A stretch of DNA of 46,221 bases from a virus. The stretch lies in the UHGV virus genome UHGV-0126501; one strand, 5' to 3'. A program made the translations under genes and the position numbers. Positions within the stretch are counted from its first letter, which is position 1; every line of letters begins with the position of its first letter. Below are positions 35,441 to 46,221 of the stretch, piece by piece. Under the pieces are notes generated by a model, which did not search any database, had not been told where the DNA came from, and saw nothing but the letters and a program-made list of their open reading frames with translations.

Positions 35441-38400
35441 CCTTGTCATTGATTTAAGCATTGATACCGCCGATTTTAAAGAGCAGCTTCCGCGTGTAAA
35501 AAATCTGCTGAATGGTACAGCAAGGGAGGCGGAGCGGGCCGAAGCCCGTATGAAACGGTTTGAGGAAAGTCAGAAACAGGCTGCCAGCGCGACGGTGATA
35601 CAGACTCAGGCCGTGGTGAAGCATGCGCAGGGGCATGTTTCGCTGGCGGAAGATGTGGAAAGGGCGCGCCTGCGGATGGAGGCCCTGAGTCGTCAGATGC
35701 GGGAGGAGCAGGTTCAGGCGGTTGCGCTGGCTGCGGCGCAGGATAAGATGGCAGCCGCATTTTATCGTCAGATCGACAGCGTAAAACAGGCCAGTGCGGG
35801 GCTGCAGGAGTTACAGCGTATTCAGCAGCAGATCCGACAGGCCAGAAACAGTGGCGGGATTGCTCAGCAGGATTATCTGGCCCTGATTTCTGAGGTGACA
35901 GCGAAAACCCGCGTTCTGACACAGGCAGAGGAAACGGCCACCCGCCAGAAAACCGCATTTATTCGTCAGCTGAAAGAACAGACAAGTCGCCAGAAAATGA
36001 CCACGACGGAACTGCTTCGGGCAAAGGCGGCACAACTTGGGTGCAGCAGTGCCGCGGAGGTGTACATCCGTAAAATGGAGAAAGCCGGAAACACCACACA
36101 TTCGCTGGGACTGAAAAGTGCGGCAGCCCGTCGGGAGCTGGGGGTCATGATTGGTGAACTGGCGCGTGGTAATTTCGGTGCGCTTCGTGGCTCCGGGATC
36201 ACCCTGGCTAACCGTGCCGGCTGGATTGATAAATTAATGACTCCGAAAGGCCTGGCGGTGGGGGGAGTTATCGGAGGGATCACTGCTGCGGTTATTGGTC
36301 TGGGTAAAGCCTGGATGGAGGGGCAGGAAGAAGGCGAAGCCTTTAACCGGCAGCTTGAGCTCACCGGACACTATGCCGGTGTGACAGCCGGGCAGTTGTG
36401 GGCGCTCAGTAAAAATCTTTCCGGTAATGGCATCACGCAACATGCCATGGCGGGGTCACTGGCGCAGGTAGTGGGGAGCGGTGCATTTCACGGTAACGAT
36501 ATTGGTATGGTGGCGAAAGCTGCCGCACAGATGGAACGCTCGGTAGGGCAGTCTGTCAGTGACACCATCAGTCAGTTTAAACGGCTGAAGGATGATTCGG
36601 TCAGTGCTGCGAAGGCGCTGGATGATGAACTGCATTTTCTGACAGCCACCCAGCTTGAACAGATCCGTGTGCTCGGAGAGCAGGGGCGCACCAGTGACGC
36701 CGCCCGGATAGCCATGTCTGCACTGGCAGAGGAAACCGGTAAACGTACGTCGGATATTGATAATAACCTCAATGCGCTGGGCAGTACGCTGCAAACCTTG
36801 TCTGACTGGTGGAAGCAGTTCTGGGATGCGGCCATGAACATTGGTCGGGAAGATTCCCTTGATGCGCAGATTGCGTCGCTGCAGGAAAAAATTCAGCGGG
36901 CGAAGAAATTTCCGTGGACTAAGGCGTCCACCACGGTGGAATACGATCAGCAACAACTGGATGCGCTGCAAGAGCGAAAGCGCCAGCAGGATTTGCAGGA
37001 TGCAAAAGAGCAGGCTGAGCGAAATTATCAGGAGCAGCAGAAACGCCGGAATGCTGAAAATGCCGCGCTGAACCGGATGAACGAAACGGAAGCAGCACGA
37101 CATCAGCGTGAAATTGCGCGTATTAATGCCATGCAGTACGCCGATCAGGCGGTCAGGGACGCAGCGATACAGCGTGAAAATGAACGTTACGAAAAAGCCA
37201 TTAAGAAAAAAACGCCTGTCACCCGTAATGATGAGGCCACCCGGTTATTACTGCAGTACAGCCAGCAACAGGCGCAGGTGGAGGGACAGATTGCCGCCGC
37301 CAGACAGTCAGCGGGCATGGCTACTGAAAGGATGACAGAAGCGCATAAACAGCTTCTGGCCCTTCAGCAGCGTATCAGCGATTTAGCCGGTAAAAAACTG
37401 ACAGCAGATGAAAAAAGTGTACTGGCTCACAAGGATGAGCTGATTCAGGCACTGACGCTGCTGGATGCAAAACAGCAGGAGCTGCAGAAGCAGACGGCGC
37501 TGAATGATTTGAAGAAAAAATCCATTCAGCTTGCCAGCCAGCTGGCGGAAGAGGAGCGGGCTCTGCGTCAGCAACATGACCTGGATATCGCCACGACAGG
37601 GATGGGGGATAAACAGCGTCAGCGATACCAGGCACAGTTCAGTCTGCAACAAAAATATCAGCAGCAGCGGGAACAGCTGGAGCGTGACAGTAAGCAGAAA
37701 GGAACATATGGCACAGATGAATACCGGAATGCTGAGCAGACGCTGACAGACAGTCTTAACCGGCAACTGAACGAAAACAGACGTTACTGGCAGGAACAGG
37801 AACTGATGCAGGCAGACTGGAAAAACGGTGCCATGCGGGCTTTTCAGAATTTCACAGAGAGTGCGGATAACGCGGCAGGTACGGCTGAGCAGATGTTTAC
37901 AGCGGCATTTAACAGCGCAGGTAATGCACTGGCGACGTTCTGTACCACCGGAAAACTGAACTTCAAATCTTTTACCGCCTCGCTCCTTTCTGATCTGGCA
38001 AAAATCATGTCGCAAATGGCCATGATGCAGGCGGTGAAGGGGATTGGTTCGGCGTTTGGCTGGGGGAGTGCAGCAGCTGCCAGCGTGACGCCAAATGCGG
38101 ATGGCGGTGTTTATCAGTCTGCTGATTTGAGTCGCTACAGTGGCACGGTGGTTAACCGTCCGACGTTTTTTGCTTTTGCAAAAGGCGCGGGTGTGATGGG
38201 AGAAGCGGGGCCTGAAGCCATTCTGCCACTGCGTCGTGGTGCTGATGGCAAGCTGGGAGTTGTGGCGGATATTGGTGGTTCAGGTATGGTGATGTTTGCC
38301 CCGCAGTACAACATCGAGATCAATAACGATGGTACGAACGGGCAGATAGGTCCGGCTGCCCTGAAGGTGGTTTATGACCTCGGGAAAAAAGCAGCAGCGG

Positions 38401-38456
38401 ACTTTATGCAACAGCAGTCCCGTGATGGTGGTCAGTTAAGCGGAGCGTATCGGTAA
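35424..38456 (+). CDS. H: Tail tape measure protein H
   Basis: 1010 aa; TTG start with GGGAGGA SD; C-terminal ...INNDGTNGQIGPAALK.VYD... and internal ...KS.LAHKDE... match recalled lambda gpH. Confidence 0.93.
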   Translation: MDQIADLVIDLSIDTADFKEQLPRVKNLLNGTAREAERAEARMKRFEESQKQAASATVIQTQAVVKHAQGHVSLAEDVERARLRMEALSRQMREEQVQAVALAAAQDKMAAAFYRQIDSVKQASAGLQELQRIQQQIRQARNSGGIAQQDYLALISEVTAKTRVLTQAEETATRQKTAFIRQLKEQTSRQKMTTTELLRAKAAQLGCSSAAEVYIRKMEKAGNTTHSLGLKSAAARRELGVMIGELARGNFGALRGSGITLANRAGWIDKLMTPKGLAVGGVIGGITAAVIGLGKAWMEGQEEGEAFNRQLELTGHYAGVTAGQLWALSKNLSGNGITQHAMAGSLAQVVGSGAFHGNDIGMVAKAAAQMERSVGQSVSDTISQFKRLKDDSVSAAKALDDELHFLTATQLEQIRVLGEQGRTSDAARIAMSALAEETGKRTSDIDNNLNALGSTLQTLSDWWKQFWDAAMNIGREDSLDAQIASLQEKIQRAKKFPWTKASTTVEYDQQQLDALQERKRQQDLQDAKEQAERNYQEQQKRRNAENAALNRMNETEAARHQREIARINAMQYADQAVRDAAIQRENERYEKAIKKKTPVTRNDEATRLLLQYSQQQAQVEGQIAAARQSAGMATERMTEAHKQLLALQQRISDLAGKKLTADEKSVLAHKDELIQALTLLDAKQQELQKQTALNDLKKKSIQLASQLAEEERALRQQHDLDIATTGMGDKQRQRYQAQFSLQQKYQQQREQLERDSKQKGTYGTDEYRNAEQTLTDSLNRQLNENRRYWQEQELMQADWKNGAMRAFQNFTESADNAAGTAEQMFTAAFNSAGNALATFCTTGKLNFKSFTASLLSDLAKIMSQMAMMQAVKGIGSAFGWGSAAAASVTPNADGGVYQSADLSRYSGTVVNRPTFFAFAKGAGVMGEAGPEAILPLRRGADGKLGVVADIGGSGMVMFAPQYNIEINNDGTNGQIGPAALKVVYDLGKKAAADFMQQQSRDGGQLSGAYR

Positions 38457-38785
38457 TGGAAACTTTTCACTGGAAAATTCGCCCTGATATGACTGTGGCA
38501 TCGGAGCCGAAGGTGGTGACAGTGAAGCTGGGCGATGGTTATGAACAGCGTCGTGCGGCGGGACTGAATAACCAGTTGTCGACTTACAGCGTGACGATAC
38601 GTGTTCGTAAATGTGAACACCCATCTTTAAAAGCCTTTCTGGAACGGCACGGTGGCGTCCGCGCATTTCAGTGGACGCCACCTTATGACTGGAAGCCGAT
38701 CAGGGTGGTTTGTCGTAAATGGTCGGCAAGCGTGGGGGCGTTGTGGGTAACCATAACGGCAGATTTTGAACAGGTCGTGGCATAG
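38456..38785 (+). CDS. M: Tail tip protein M
   Basis: 109 aa; M.TF.WK..P.M.VAS.P.V..V..GDGY.QR...GLN..L.TYSVT matches recalled lambda gpM. Confidence 0.93.
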   Translation: METFHWKIRPDMTVASEPKVVTVKLGDGYEQRRAAGLNNQLSTYSVTIRVRKCEHPSLKAFLERHGGVRAFQWTPPYDWKPIRVVCRKWSASVGALWVTITADFEQVVA

Positions 38786-38794
38786 GAGGCTCTG

Positions 38795-39493
38795 ATGCAG
38801 GATATTCCACAGGAAACACATCATGAGACGACACGCCTCACTCAGTCAGCCCAGGTGGTGCTCTGGGAAATCGACCTGACAGAGGTCGGTGGTGAACGTT
38901 ATTTTTTCTGTAATGAGCAGAACGAAAAAGGTGAGCCGGTCACCTGGCAGGGGCGACAGTATCAGGCGTATCCCATTCAGGGGAGCGGTTTTGAACTGAA
39001 CGGCAAGGGCAGTGCTGCCCGTCCGACACTGACGGTCTCTAACCTGTACGGCATGGTCACCGGGATGGCGGAAGATCTGCAGAGTCTGGTCGGCGGAACG
39101 GTGGTCCGGCGTAAGGTTTACGCCCGTTTTCTGGATGCGGTGAACTTCGTCAACGGAAACAGCGAAGCCGATCCGGAGCAGGAGATTATCAGCCGCTGGC
39201 GCATCGAGCAGTGTAGCAATTTAACAGCGGTAAGTGCCTCCTTTGTACTGTCCACGCCGACGGAAACGGATGGCGCTGTTTTTCCGGGACGTATCATGCT
39301 GGCCAACACCTGCACCTGGACCTATCGCGGTGACGAGTGCGGTTATAGCGGTCCGGCTGTCGCGGATGAATATGACCAGCCGACGTCCGATATCACGAAG
39401 GATAAATGCAGCAAATGCCTGAGTGGCTGTAAGTTTCGCAATAACGTCGGCAACTTTGGCGGCTTCCTTTCCATTAACAAACTTTCGCAGTAA
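38795..39493 (+). CDS. L: Tail tip protein L
   Basis: 232 aa, nearly identical over long stretches to recalled lambda gpL (VVLWEIDLTEVGGERYFFCNEQNEKGEPVTWQGRQYQ.YPIQGSGFELNGKG...). Confidence 0.96.
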   Translation: MQDIPQETHHETTRLTQSAQVVLWEIDLTEVGGERYFFCNEQNEKGEPVTWQGRQYQAYPIQGSGFELNGKGSAARPTLTVSNLYGMVTGMAEDLQSLVGGTVVRRKVYARFLDAVNFVNGNSEADPEQEIISRWRIEQCSNLTAVSASFVLSTPTETDGAVFPGRIMLANTCTWTYRGDECGYSGPAVADEYDQPTSDITKDKCSKCLSGCKFRNNVGNFGGFLSINKLSQ

Positions 39494-39497
39494 TCCC

Positions 39498-40241
39498 ATG
39501 ACAGAGACAGAATCAGCGATTCTGGCGCACGCCCGGCGATGTGCGCCAGCGGAGTCGTGCGGCTTCGTGGTGAGAACGCCGGAGGGGGAAAGATATTTTC
39601 CCTGCGTGAATATCTCCGGTGAGCCGGAGGCGTATTTCCGTATGTCGCCGGAAGACTGGCTGCAGGCAGAAATGCAGGGTGAGATTGTGGCGCTGGTCCA
39701 CAGCCACCCCGGTGGTCTGCCCTGGCTGAGTGAGGCCGACCGGCGGCTGCAGGTGCAGAGTGATTTGCCGTGGTGGCTGGTCTGCCGGGGTGATATTCAT
39801 AAATTCCGCTGTGTGCCGCATCTCACCGGGCGGCGCTTTGAGCACGGGGTGACGGACTGTTACACGCTGTTCCGGGATGCTTATCATCTGGCGGGGATTG
39901 AGATGCCGGATTTTCATCGCGGGGATGACTGGTGGCGTCACGGTCAGAATCTCTATCTTGACAATATGGAGGCGACTGGTTTTTACCGTGTCGCACTGAC
40001 AGAGGCGCAGCCGGGCGATGTGCTGCTGTGCTGCTTTGGTTCATCAGTGCCGAATCATGCCGCCATTTACTGTGGTGACGGCGAGCTGCTGCACCATATT
40101 CCTGAACAACTGAGCAAACGAGAGAGGTATACCGACAAATGGCAGCGACGCACACACTCCCTCTGGCGTCACCGGGCATGGCACGCATCTGCCTTTACGG
40201 GGATTTACAACGATTTGACCGCCGCATCGACCTTCGTGTGA
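39498..40241 (+). CDS. K: Tail tip assembly protein K (JAMM/MPN plus NlpC/P60-like)
   Basis: MTETESAILAHARRCAPAESCGFVV.TPEGERYFPCVNISGEPEA.FRMSPEDWLQAEMQGEIVALVHSHPGG... matches recalled lambda gpK. Confidence 0.95.
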   Translation: MTETESAILAHARRCAPAESCGFVVRTPEGERYFPCVNISGEPEAYFRMSPEDWLQAEMQGEIVALVHSHPGGLPWLSEADRRLQVQSDLPWWLVCRGDIHKFRCVPHLTGRRFEHGVTDCYTLFRDAYHLAGIEMPDFHRGDDWWRHGQNLYLDNMEATGFYRVALTEAQPGDVLLCCFGSSVPNHAAIYCGDGELLHHIPEQLSKRERYTDKWQRRTHSLWRHRAWHASAFTGIYNDLTAASTFV

Positions 40242-40786
40242 AAACGGGGGCCGAAGCCATCCGGGCGCTGGCCATGCAGATCCCGGCGTTTCGTCAGAAG
40301 CTGAGCGACGGCTGGTATCAGGTACGCATTGCCGGGCGGGATACAGGCGAAAACGAATTATCTGCCCGTCTTAATGAGCCGCTGGCAAATGGTGCCGTGA
40401 TCCACATCGTACCGCGTCTGGCGGGTGCCAAAAGTGGTGGTGTGTTTCAGGCAGTGCTGGGGGCTGCGCTGATTGCGGTGGCATGGTGGAACCCTGTGGG
40501 CTGGCTGGGTGCCGCGGCTGTATCGGGCATGTATGCGGCAGGGGCCAGTATGATCCTGGGCGGTGTGGCGCAGATGCTGGCACCGAAAGCCAGAACTCCC
40601 CGCACACAGGCAACAGATAACGGCAAACAGAACACCTATTTTTCTTCACTGGATAATATGGTTGCCCAGGGTAATGCTCTGCCTGTTCTGTACGGTGAAA
40701 TGCGCGTGGGGTCGCGGGTGGTTTCTCAGGAGATCAGCACGGCAGATGAAGGGGACGGTGGTCAGGTTGTGGTGATTGGCCGCTGA
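40139..40786 (+). CDS. I: Tail tip assembly protein I
   Basis: MAATHTLPLASPGMARICLYGDLQRF.RRIDLRVKTGAEAIRALA.Q.PAFRQKLSDGWYQVRIAGRD... matches recalled lambda gpI. Confidence 0.95.
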   Translation: MAATHTLPLASPGMARICLYGDLQRFDRRIDLRVKTGAEAIRALAMQIPAFRQKLSDGWYQVRIAGRDTGENELSARLNEPLANGAVIHIVPRLAGAKSGGVFQAVLGAALIAVAWWNPVGWLGAAAVSGMYAAGASMILGGVAQMLAPKARTPRTQATDNGKQNTYFSSLDNMVAQGNALPVLYGEMRVGSRVVSQEISTADEGDGGQVVVIGR

Positions 40787-40846
40787 TGCAAAATGTTTTA
40801 TGTGAAACCGCCTCCGGGCGGTTTTGTCGTTTATGGAGCGTGAGGA

Positions 40847-43800
40847 ATGGGTAAAGGCAGCAGTAAGGGGCATACTCCGCGCGAAGCGAAGGACAACCTG
40901 AAGTCCACGCAGTTGCTGAGTGTGATCGATGCCATCAGCGAAGGGCCGGTTGAAGGTCCGGTGGATGGATTAAAAAGCGTGCTGCTGAACAGTACGCCGG
41001 TGCTGGACACTGAGGGGAATACCAACATATCCGGTGTCACGGTGGTGTTCCGGGCCGGTGAGCAGGAGCAGACACCGCCGGAGGGATTTGAATCCTCCGG
41101 ATCCGAGACGGTGCTGGGTACGGAAGTGAAATACGACACGCCGATCACCCGGACCATCACGTCGGCAAACATTGACCGACTGCGTTTTACCTTCGGCGTG
41201 CAGGCACTGGTGGAAACCACCTCAAAGGGGGACCGGAATCCGTCGGAAGTCCGCCTGCTGGTTCAGATCCAGCGTAATGGTGGCTGGGTGACGGAAAAAG
41301 ACATCACCATTAAGGGCAAAACCACCTCGCAGTATCTGGCCTCGGTGGTGGTGGGTAACCTGCCGCCGCGCCCGTTCAATATACGGATGCGCAGGATGAC
41401 GCCGGACAGCACCACAGACCAGCTGCAGAACAAAACGCTCTGGTCGTCATACACCGAAATCATCGATGTGAAACAGTGCTACCCGAACACGGCACTGGTC
41501 GGTGTGCAGGTGGACTCGGAGCAGTTCGGCAGCCAGCAGGTGAGCCGTAATTATCATCTGCGCGGGCGTATTCTGCAGGTGCCGTCGAACTATAACCCGC
41601 AGACACGGCAATACAGCGGTATCTGGGACGGAACGTTCAGGCCAGCGTACAGCGACAACATGGCCTGGTGTCTGTGGGATATGCTGACCCATCCGCGCTA
41701 CGGCATGGGGAAACGTCTTGGTGCGGCGGATGTGGACAAATGGGCGCTGTATGTCATCGGCCAGCATTGCGATCAGTCGGTGCCGGACGGTTTTGGCGGC
41801 ACGGAGCCGCGCATCACCTGTAATGCGTACCTGACCACACAGCGCAAGGCGTGGGATGTGCTCAGTGATTTCTGCTCTGCGATGCGCTGTATGCCGGTAT
41901 GGAACGGGCAGACGCTGACGTTCGTGCAGGACCGACCGTCGGATAAGGTGTGGACCTATAACCGCAGTAATGTGGTGATGCCGGATGATGGTGCGCCGTT
42001 CCGCTACAGCTTCAGCGCCCTGAAGGACCGCCATAATGCCGTTGAGGTGAACTGGATTGACCCGAATAACGGCTGGGAGACGGCGACAGAGCTTGTGGAG
42101 GACACGCAGGCCATTGCCCGTTACGGTCGTAACGTCACGAAGATGGATGCTTTTGGCTGTACCAGCCGGGGGCAGGCACACCGCGCCGGGCTGTGGCTGA
42201 TTAAAACAGAACTGCTGGAAACGCAGACCGTGGACTTCAGCGTGGGTGCCGAAGGGCTTCGCCATGTACCGGGCGATGTCATTGAAATCTGCGATGATGA
42301 CTATGCCGGTATCCGCACCGGCGGGCGCGTGCTGGCGGTAAACAGCCAGACCCGGACGCTGACGCTCGACCGTGAAATCACGCTGCCATCTTCCGGCACC
42401 ACGCTGATAAGCCTGGTTGACGGGCAGGGGAGTCCGGTCAGCGTGGAGGTTCAGTCCGTCACCGACGGCGTGAAGGTGAAAGTGAGCCGTGTTCCTGACG
42501 GCGTTGCAGAATACAGCGTATGGGGACTGAAGCTGCCGACGTTGCGCCAGCGCCTGTTCCGCTGCGTGAGTATCCGTGAGAACGATGACGGCACGTATGC
42601 CATCACTGCCGTGCAGCATGTACCGGAAAAAGAGGCCATCGTGGATAACGGGGCGCACTTTGACGGCGATTTGAGCGGCACGGTGAATGGTGTCACGCCG
42701 CCAGCGGTACAGCACCTGACAGCCGAAGTCTCCGCAGACAGCGGGGAATATCAGGTGCTGGCGCGCTGGGACACACCGAAGGTGGTGAAGGGGGTGAGCT
42801 TTATGCTTCGCCTGACCGTGACAGCGGACGATGGCAGTGAGCGGCTGGTCAGCACAGCCCGGACGACGGAAACCACATACCGCTTCAGGCAGCTGGCGCT
42901 GGGAAACTACAGGCTGACAGTCCGGGCGGTAAATGCGTGGGGACAGCAGGGCGATCCGGCGTCGGTATTGTTCCGGATTGCCGCACCGGCGACGCCGTCG
43001 CGGATTGAGCTGACGCCGGGCTATTTTCAGATAACCGCCACGCCGCATCTTGCAGTTTACGATCCGACGGTACAGTTTGAGTTCTGGTTCTCGGAAACGC
43101 GGATTACCGATATCAGGCAGGTTGAAACCACAGCCCGCTACCTTGGCACGGGGCTGTACTGGATAGCCGCCAGTATCAATATCAAACCGGGCCATGATTA
43201 TTACTTTTATATCCGCAGTGTGAACACCGTTGGCAAATCGGCATTCGTGGAGGCCGTCGGTCGGGCGAGCGATGATGCGGAAGGTTACCTGGATTTTTTC
43301 AAAGGCAAGATAACCGAATCCCATCTCGGCAAGGAGCTGCTGGAAAAAGTCGAGCTGACGGAGGATAACGCCAGCAGACTGGAGGAGTTTTCGAAAGAGT
43401 GGAAGGACGCCAGTGATAAGTGGAATGCCATGTGGGGCGTCAAAATTGAGCAGACCAAAGACGGCAAACATTATGTCGCGGGTATTGGCCTCAGCATGGA
43501 GGACACGGAGGAAGGCAAACTGAGCCAGTTTCTGGTTGCCGCTAACCGTATCGCGTTTATTGATCCGTCTAATGGCAACACAAGACCAATGTTTGTTGGT
43601 CAGGGCGATCAGATATTCATGAACGACGTGTTCCTGAAACGCCTGACGGCTCCGACCATTACCAGCGGCGGTAATCCTCCGGCATTTTCCCTGACACCGG
43701 ACGGGCGGCTGACGGCGAAAAATGCCGATATCAGCGGTAACGTGAATGCGAACTCCGGGACGCTCAACAACGTCACGATTAACGAGAACTGTCGGGTTCT

Positions 43801-44242
43801 GGGAAAATTGTCCGCCAACCAGATTGAAGGCGATCTCGTTAAAACAGTGGGCAAAGCTTTCCCCCGGGACTCCCGTGCACCGGAACGGTGGCCATCAGGG
43901 ACCATCACCGTCAGGGTTTATGACGATCAGCCGTTTGACCGGCAGATTGTTATTCCGGCGGTGGCATTCAGTGGCGCTAAACACAGGGGAGAGAGTAATG
44001 ATTTTTACTCCTCATGCCGTCTGATAGTGCGGAAAAACGGCGTTGCAATTTATGACCTTACCGCGCAGGGTAATACGCGGATTTACAGTGGCGTTATTGA
44101 TATGCCGGCTGGTCACGGTCACATGACGCTGGAGTTTTCGGTGTCAGCATGGTACATAAATGACTACTATCCCACAGCAACTATCAGCGATTTGCTGGTT
44201 GTGGTGATGAAGAAAGCCACTGCAGGCATCACGATTAGCTGA
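40847..44242 (+). CDS. J: Host specificity / central tail fibre protein J
   Basis: 1131 aa; N-terminal about 950 aa closely colinear with recalled lambda gpJ; the C-terminal about 150 aa diverges. Confidence 0.96.
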   Translation: MGKGSSKGHTPREAKDNLKSTQLLSVIDAISEGPVEGPVDGLKSVLLNSTPVLDTEGNTNISGVTVVFRAGEQEQTPPEGFESSGSETVLGTEVKYDTPITRTITSANIDRLRFTFGVQALVETTSKGDRNPSEVRLLVQIQRNGGWVTEKDITIKGKTTSQYLASVVVGNLPPRPFNIRMRRMTPDSTTDQLQNKTLWSSYTEIIDVKQCYPNTALVGVQVDSEQFGSQQVSRNYHLRGRILQVPSNYNPQTRQYSGIWDGTFRPAYSDNMAWCLWDMLTHPRYGMGKRLGAADVDKWALYVIGQHCDQSVPDGFGGTEPRITCNAYLTTQRKAWDVLSDFCSAMRCMPVWNGQTLTFVQDRPSDKVWTYNRSNVVMPDDGAPFRYSFSALKDRHNAVEVNWIDPNNGWETATELVEDTQAIARYGRNVTKMDAFGCTSRGQAHRAGLWLIKTELLETQTVDFSVGAEGLRHVPGDVIEICDDDYAGIRTGGRVLAVNSQTRTLTLDREITLPSSGTTLISLVDGQGSPVSVEVQSVTDGVKVKVSRVPDGVAEYSVWGLKLPTLRQRLFRCVSIRENDDGTYAITAVQHVPEKEAIVDNGAHFDGDLSGTVNGVTPPAVQHLTAEVSADSGEYQVLARWDTPKVVKGVSFMLRLTVTADDGSERLVSTARTTETTYRFRQLALGNYRLTVRAVNAWGQQGDPASVLFRIAAPATPSRIELTPGYFQITATPHLAVYDPTVQFEFWFSETRITDIRQVETTARYLGTGLYWIAASINIKPGHDYYFYIRSVNTVGKSAFVEAVGRASDDAEGYLDFFKGKITESHLGKELLEKVELTEDNASRLEEFSKEWKDASDKWNAMWGVKIEQTKDGKHYVAGIGLSMEDTEEGKLSQFLVAANRIAFIDPSNGNTRPMFVGQGDQIFMNDVFLKRLTAPTITSGGNPPAFSLTPDGRLTAKNADISGNVNANSGTLNNVTINENCRVLGKLSANQIEGDLVKTVGKAFPRDSRAPERWPSGTITVRVYDDQPFDRQIVIPAVAFSGAKHRGESNDFYSSCRLIVRKNGVAIYDLTAQGNTRIYSGVIDMPAGHGHMTLEFSVSAWYINDYYPTATISDLLVVVMKKATAGITIS

Positions 44243-44260
44243 ATTTTATAACCCATATAC

Positions 44261-44286
44261 GGGCGCCAGAAATGGCGCCTTTTTTA
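44261..44286 (+). terminator. Rho-independent terminator after J
   Basis: GGCGCC-AGAAAT-GGCGCC + T6-7. Confidence 0.8.
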
Positions 44287-44309
44287 TTGCAGAAAAGCGA
44301 GAGGTAATT

Positions 44310-44909
44310 ATGCGTAAATTATGTGCTGTTATTTTGTCCGCAGCAGTCTGGCAGGTCGCCGCTGCTACGCCAGCGAGTGCAGCAGAACATCAGTCCACGC
44401 TGAGCGCGGGGTATCTCCATGCCTCGACGAACGTTCCCGGCAGCGATGCTCTGAACGGGATTAACGTGAAATACCGTTATGAGTTTACGGACATGCTGGG
44501 TGTTGTGACGTCATTCAGTTATGCCAATGCCAAAGATGAGCAAAAAACGCATTACAGCGATACCCGCTGGCATGAGGATTCCGTTCGTAACCGCGGGTTC
44601 AGCGTAATGGCGGGGCCGTCTGTGCGCGTGAATGAATGGTTCAGCGCGTATGCGATGGCGGGTGTGGCTTACAGCCGTGTTTCGACTTTCTCCGGGGATT
44701 ATCTGCAGGTGACCGACAATACGGGGAAAACGCATGATGTGCTGACCGGAAGTGATGACGGTCGCCACAGCAACACGTCTCTGGCGTGGGGGGCTGGCGT
44801 GCAGTTTAACCCGACCGAATCCGTGGCCATTGATATTGCTTATGAAGGCTCCGGCAGTGGTGACTGGCGCACTGACGGTTTCATCGTGGGTGTCGGTTAT
44901 AAATTCTGA
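44310..44909 (+). CDS. lom: Lom-like outer membrane beta-barrel protein (Ail/Lom/PagC/OmpX family)
   Basis: Signal peptide (MRKLCAVILSAAVWQVAAA); alternating beta-strand pattern; C-terminal ...GVGYKF; position after J as for lambda lom. Confidence 0.85.
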   Translation: MRKLCAVILSAAVWQVAAATPASAAEHQSTLSAGYLHASTNVPGSDALNGINVKYRYEFTDMLGVVTSFSYANAKDEQKTHYSDTRWHEDSVRNRGFSVMAGPSVRVNEWFSAYAMAGVAYSRVSTFSGDYLQVTDNTGKTHDVLTGSDDGRHSNTSLAWGAGVQFNPTESVAIDIAYEGSGSGDWRTDGFIVGVGYKF

Positions 44910-44936
44910 TTAGCCAGGGAATATCGCGTTATGACA

Positions 44937-44960
44937 GCCCGCAGTTTTGCGGGCCTTTTG
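44937..44960 (+). terminator. Rho-independent terminator after lom
   Basis: GCCCGCA-GTTT-TGCGGGC + T4. Confidence 0.7.
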
Positions 44961-44971
44961 GTGGAGGACAT

Positions 44972-46171
44972 ATGTCTGTTCTGATTTCCGGTGTGCTGAA
45001 GGATGGCACAGGAAAACCTGTTCAGGGGTGTACGATCGTTCTGAAGGCAAAAAGAACGACCGATACCGTGATAGTGAATACCCTTGCCTCAGAAAATCCG
45101 GATGAAGCCGGGCGTTACAGCATGAATGTTGAGCCGGGGCGGTATGCCGTTTCGCTTTTTATTGAGGGGTATCCACCGTCATATGCCGGTGACATTACTG
45201 TGTATGCGGATTCGCCGCCGGGCACGCTGAATTATTTCCTGGGAACGGTAAGTGAAGATGATTTGCGGCCAGATGTGCTTAAGCGTTTTGAAGAAATAGC
45301 GTCTGAAATTAATCGTCTGGCGGAAGAAGTAAGAAAAAAACAGCAACAGGTCAGTGCTGATACTGAAAAAGTAAGCAATGCAGCCAGTAAAGTACAGCAG
45401 GCTGAGAGAAGCGCTTCAGAGCATGCGGAGTCCGCCAGAAACAGCGCCATATCTTCTGCGACCAGTGAAAGGGATGCGGCATTGCATGCGAAGAATGCAC
45501 AAAAATCTGCGCAAGACGCGGAAAGGAATGCGCAGCAAACCGGGCAACATCTGCAGGCTGCTAAAACTGCAAGCGAAGAGGCAAAGGAATATGCACGACA
45601 GGCCGGGGCATCAAAAGATACAGCCGGGGAGCATGCAGAGAAAGCAAAAAAATATGCAGAAGAAATCAAGTCTCAGGGCGAAAAAGCCAATATATCGGCC
45701 GATAAAAAAAACATACTGGTGCGACTGGGCGATGGTCTGTTTGTGAATGGCACCCACCCACTGATCCCCAAGATGGGGGTGCACAATTATACAACCACAC
45801 TGAATAATTTCCGGAGTCTGCCAGACGGAACCCGCGTATATTCACTTTCTGTTGGCGTCAGCAATCCGTTGAATACGGGCGTAATTGGCGGATATGGTAT
45901 AGCGATTGCTCCCATAATTACCCCTGGTTATCTTTATCTTGATGAGCAAAAGAAATGCATACCGGCGCAGTATCTGATGGACTCGGTTACAGCCACAGCC
46001 AGTGAAATAAAAATAGCGCTGAAGGTTGTGCTGACAGGAAAACCACAGTATGCAGTAGATGTGTCGGATCTGGAAACACGGGAGGAGGGGGATGGCAGCG
46101 GCAATATTGGTTGCAAACTTTCCATCCGCATACTGACCGGAACAACATTACGACAAAACGGAATAAGCTGA
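44972..46171 (+). CDS. stf: Side tail fibre-like protein (Stf N-terminal domain homolog) with central coiled-coil/Ala-Lys-rich region
   Basis: MSVLISGVLKDGTGKPVQGCTIVLKAKRTTDTVIVNTLASENPDEAGRYSMNVEPGRYAV... parallels the recalled lambda Stf N-terminus. Confidence 0.8.
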   Translation: MSVLISGVLKDGTGKPVQGCTIVLKAKRTTDTVIVNTLASENPDEAGRYSMNVEPGRYAVSLFIEGYPPSYAGDITVYADSPPGTLNYFLGTVSEDDLRPDVLKRFEEIASEINRLAEEVRKKQQQVSADTEKVSNAASKVQQAERSASEHAESARNSAISSATSERDAALHAKNAQKSAQDAERNAQQTGQHLQAAKTASEEAKEYARQAGASKDTAGEHAEKAKKYAEEIKSQGEKANISADKKNILVRLGDGLFVNGTHPLIPKMGVHNYTTTLNNFRSLPDGTRVYSLSVGVSNPLNTGVIGGYGIAIAPIITPGYLYLDEQKKCIPAQYLMDSVTATASEIKIALKVVLTGKPQYAVDVSDLETREEGDGSGNIGCKLSIRILTGTTLRQNGIS

Positions 46172-46172
46172 G

Positions 46173-46209
46173 AAAAAAGCGTGCTTCGCAAATCCAGGGC
46201 GAAGCACGT
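46173..46209 (-). terminator. Intrinsic terminator oriented for the minus strand
   Basis: A6 run, then GCGTGCTTCGC ... GCGAAGCACGT hairpin; reads as hairpin + U-run on the minus strand. Confidence 0.5.
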
Positions 46210-46221
46210 CTGAATGACACC

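Noticed and set aside
35476-38015. Several minus-strand ORFs (35476-35958, 36456-37103, 37383-38015 and others)
   Set aside because: All antisense within the tape measure gene H; no SDs noted; considered shadows.
41447-43471. 674-aa ORF on the minus strand
   Set aside because: Lies entirely antisense within gene J, whose product matches lambda gpJ; a long open antisense frame is expected in GC-rich coding DNA.
1-46221. CRISPR array, rRNA genes, IS elements
   Set aside because: No regularly spaced short direct repeats with unique spacers, no rRNA-like sequence, and no transposase ORF with terminal inverted repeats were seen.

Overview
The window is almost all of a lambda-like (lambdoid) prophage, read left to right in prophage order. 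All calls are from reading the sequence and ORF translations; no database search was run. Layout: (1) left attachment arm with three direct repeats, integrase and excisionase (50-1406); (2) a large exonuclease and small leftward early genes (1471-5974); (3) an immunity region with inverted operator copies flanking a ParE/RelE-like toxin-antitoxin pair and a CI-like repressor, then Cro-like and YdaT-like genes (6145-7947); (4) replication and nin-like genes, including iteron-like repeats inside the replication gene, an HNH endonuclease and a DUF550/DUF551 protein (7961-12413); (5) a moron block with a Mok/Hok type I toxin, a Doc/Fic toxin, a DUF968 protein, RusA and a Q-like antiterminator (12731-16005); (6) an AT-rich cargo island between Q and the lysis genes carrying an OLD-family-like ATPase/nuclease co-oriented with a C5-cytosine methyltransferase, a second (adenine/N4) methyltransferase and a degenerate tRNA-Gly-like element (16014-20792); (7) lysis cassette (21265-22469); (8) a lambda-type cos site followed by a near-complete lambda-like head and tail module Nu1 through J, then lom and a side-tail-fibre-like gene (24644-46171). 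The strongest candidate for an undescribed system is the OLD-like ATPase plus C5-methyltransferase cassette at 16014-18848. No CRISPR array, rRNA or IS element was seen.
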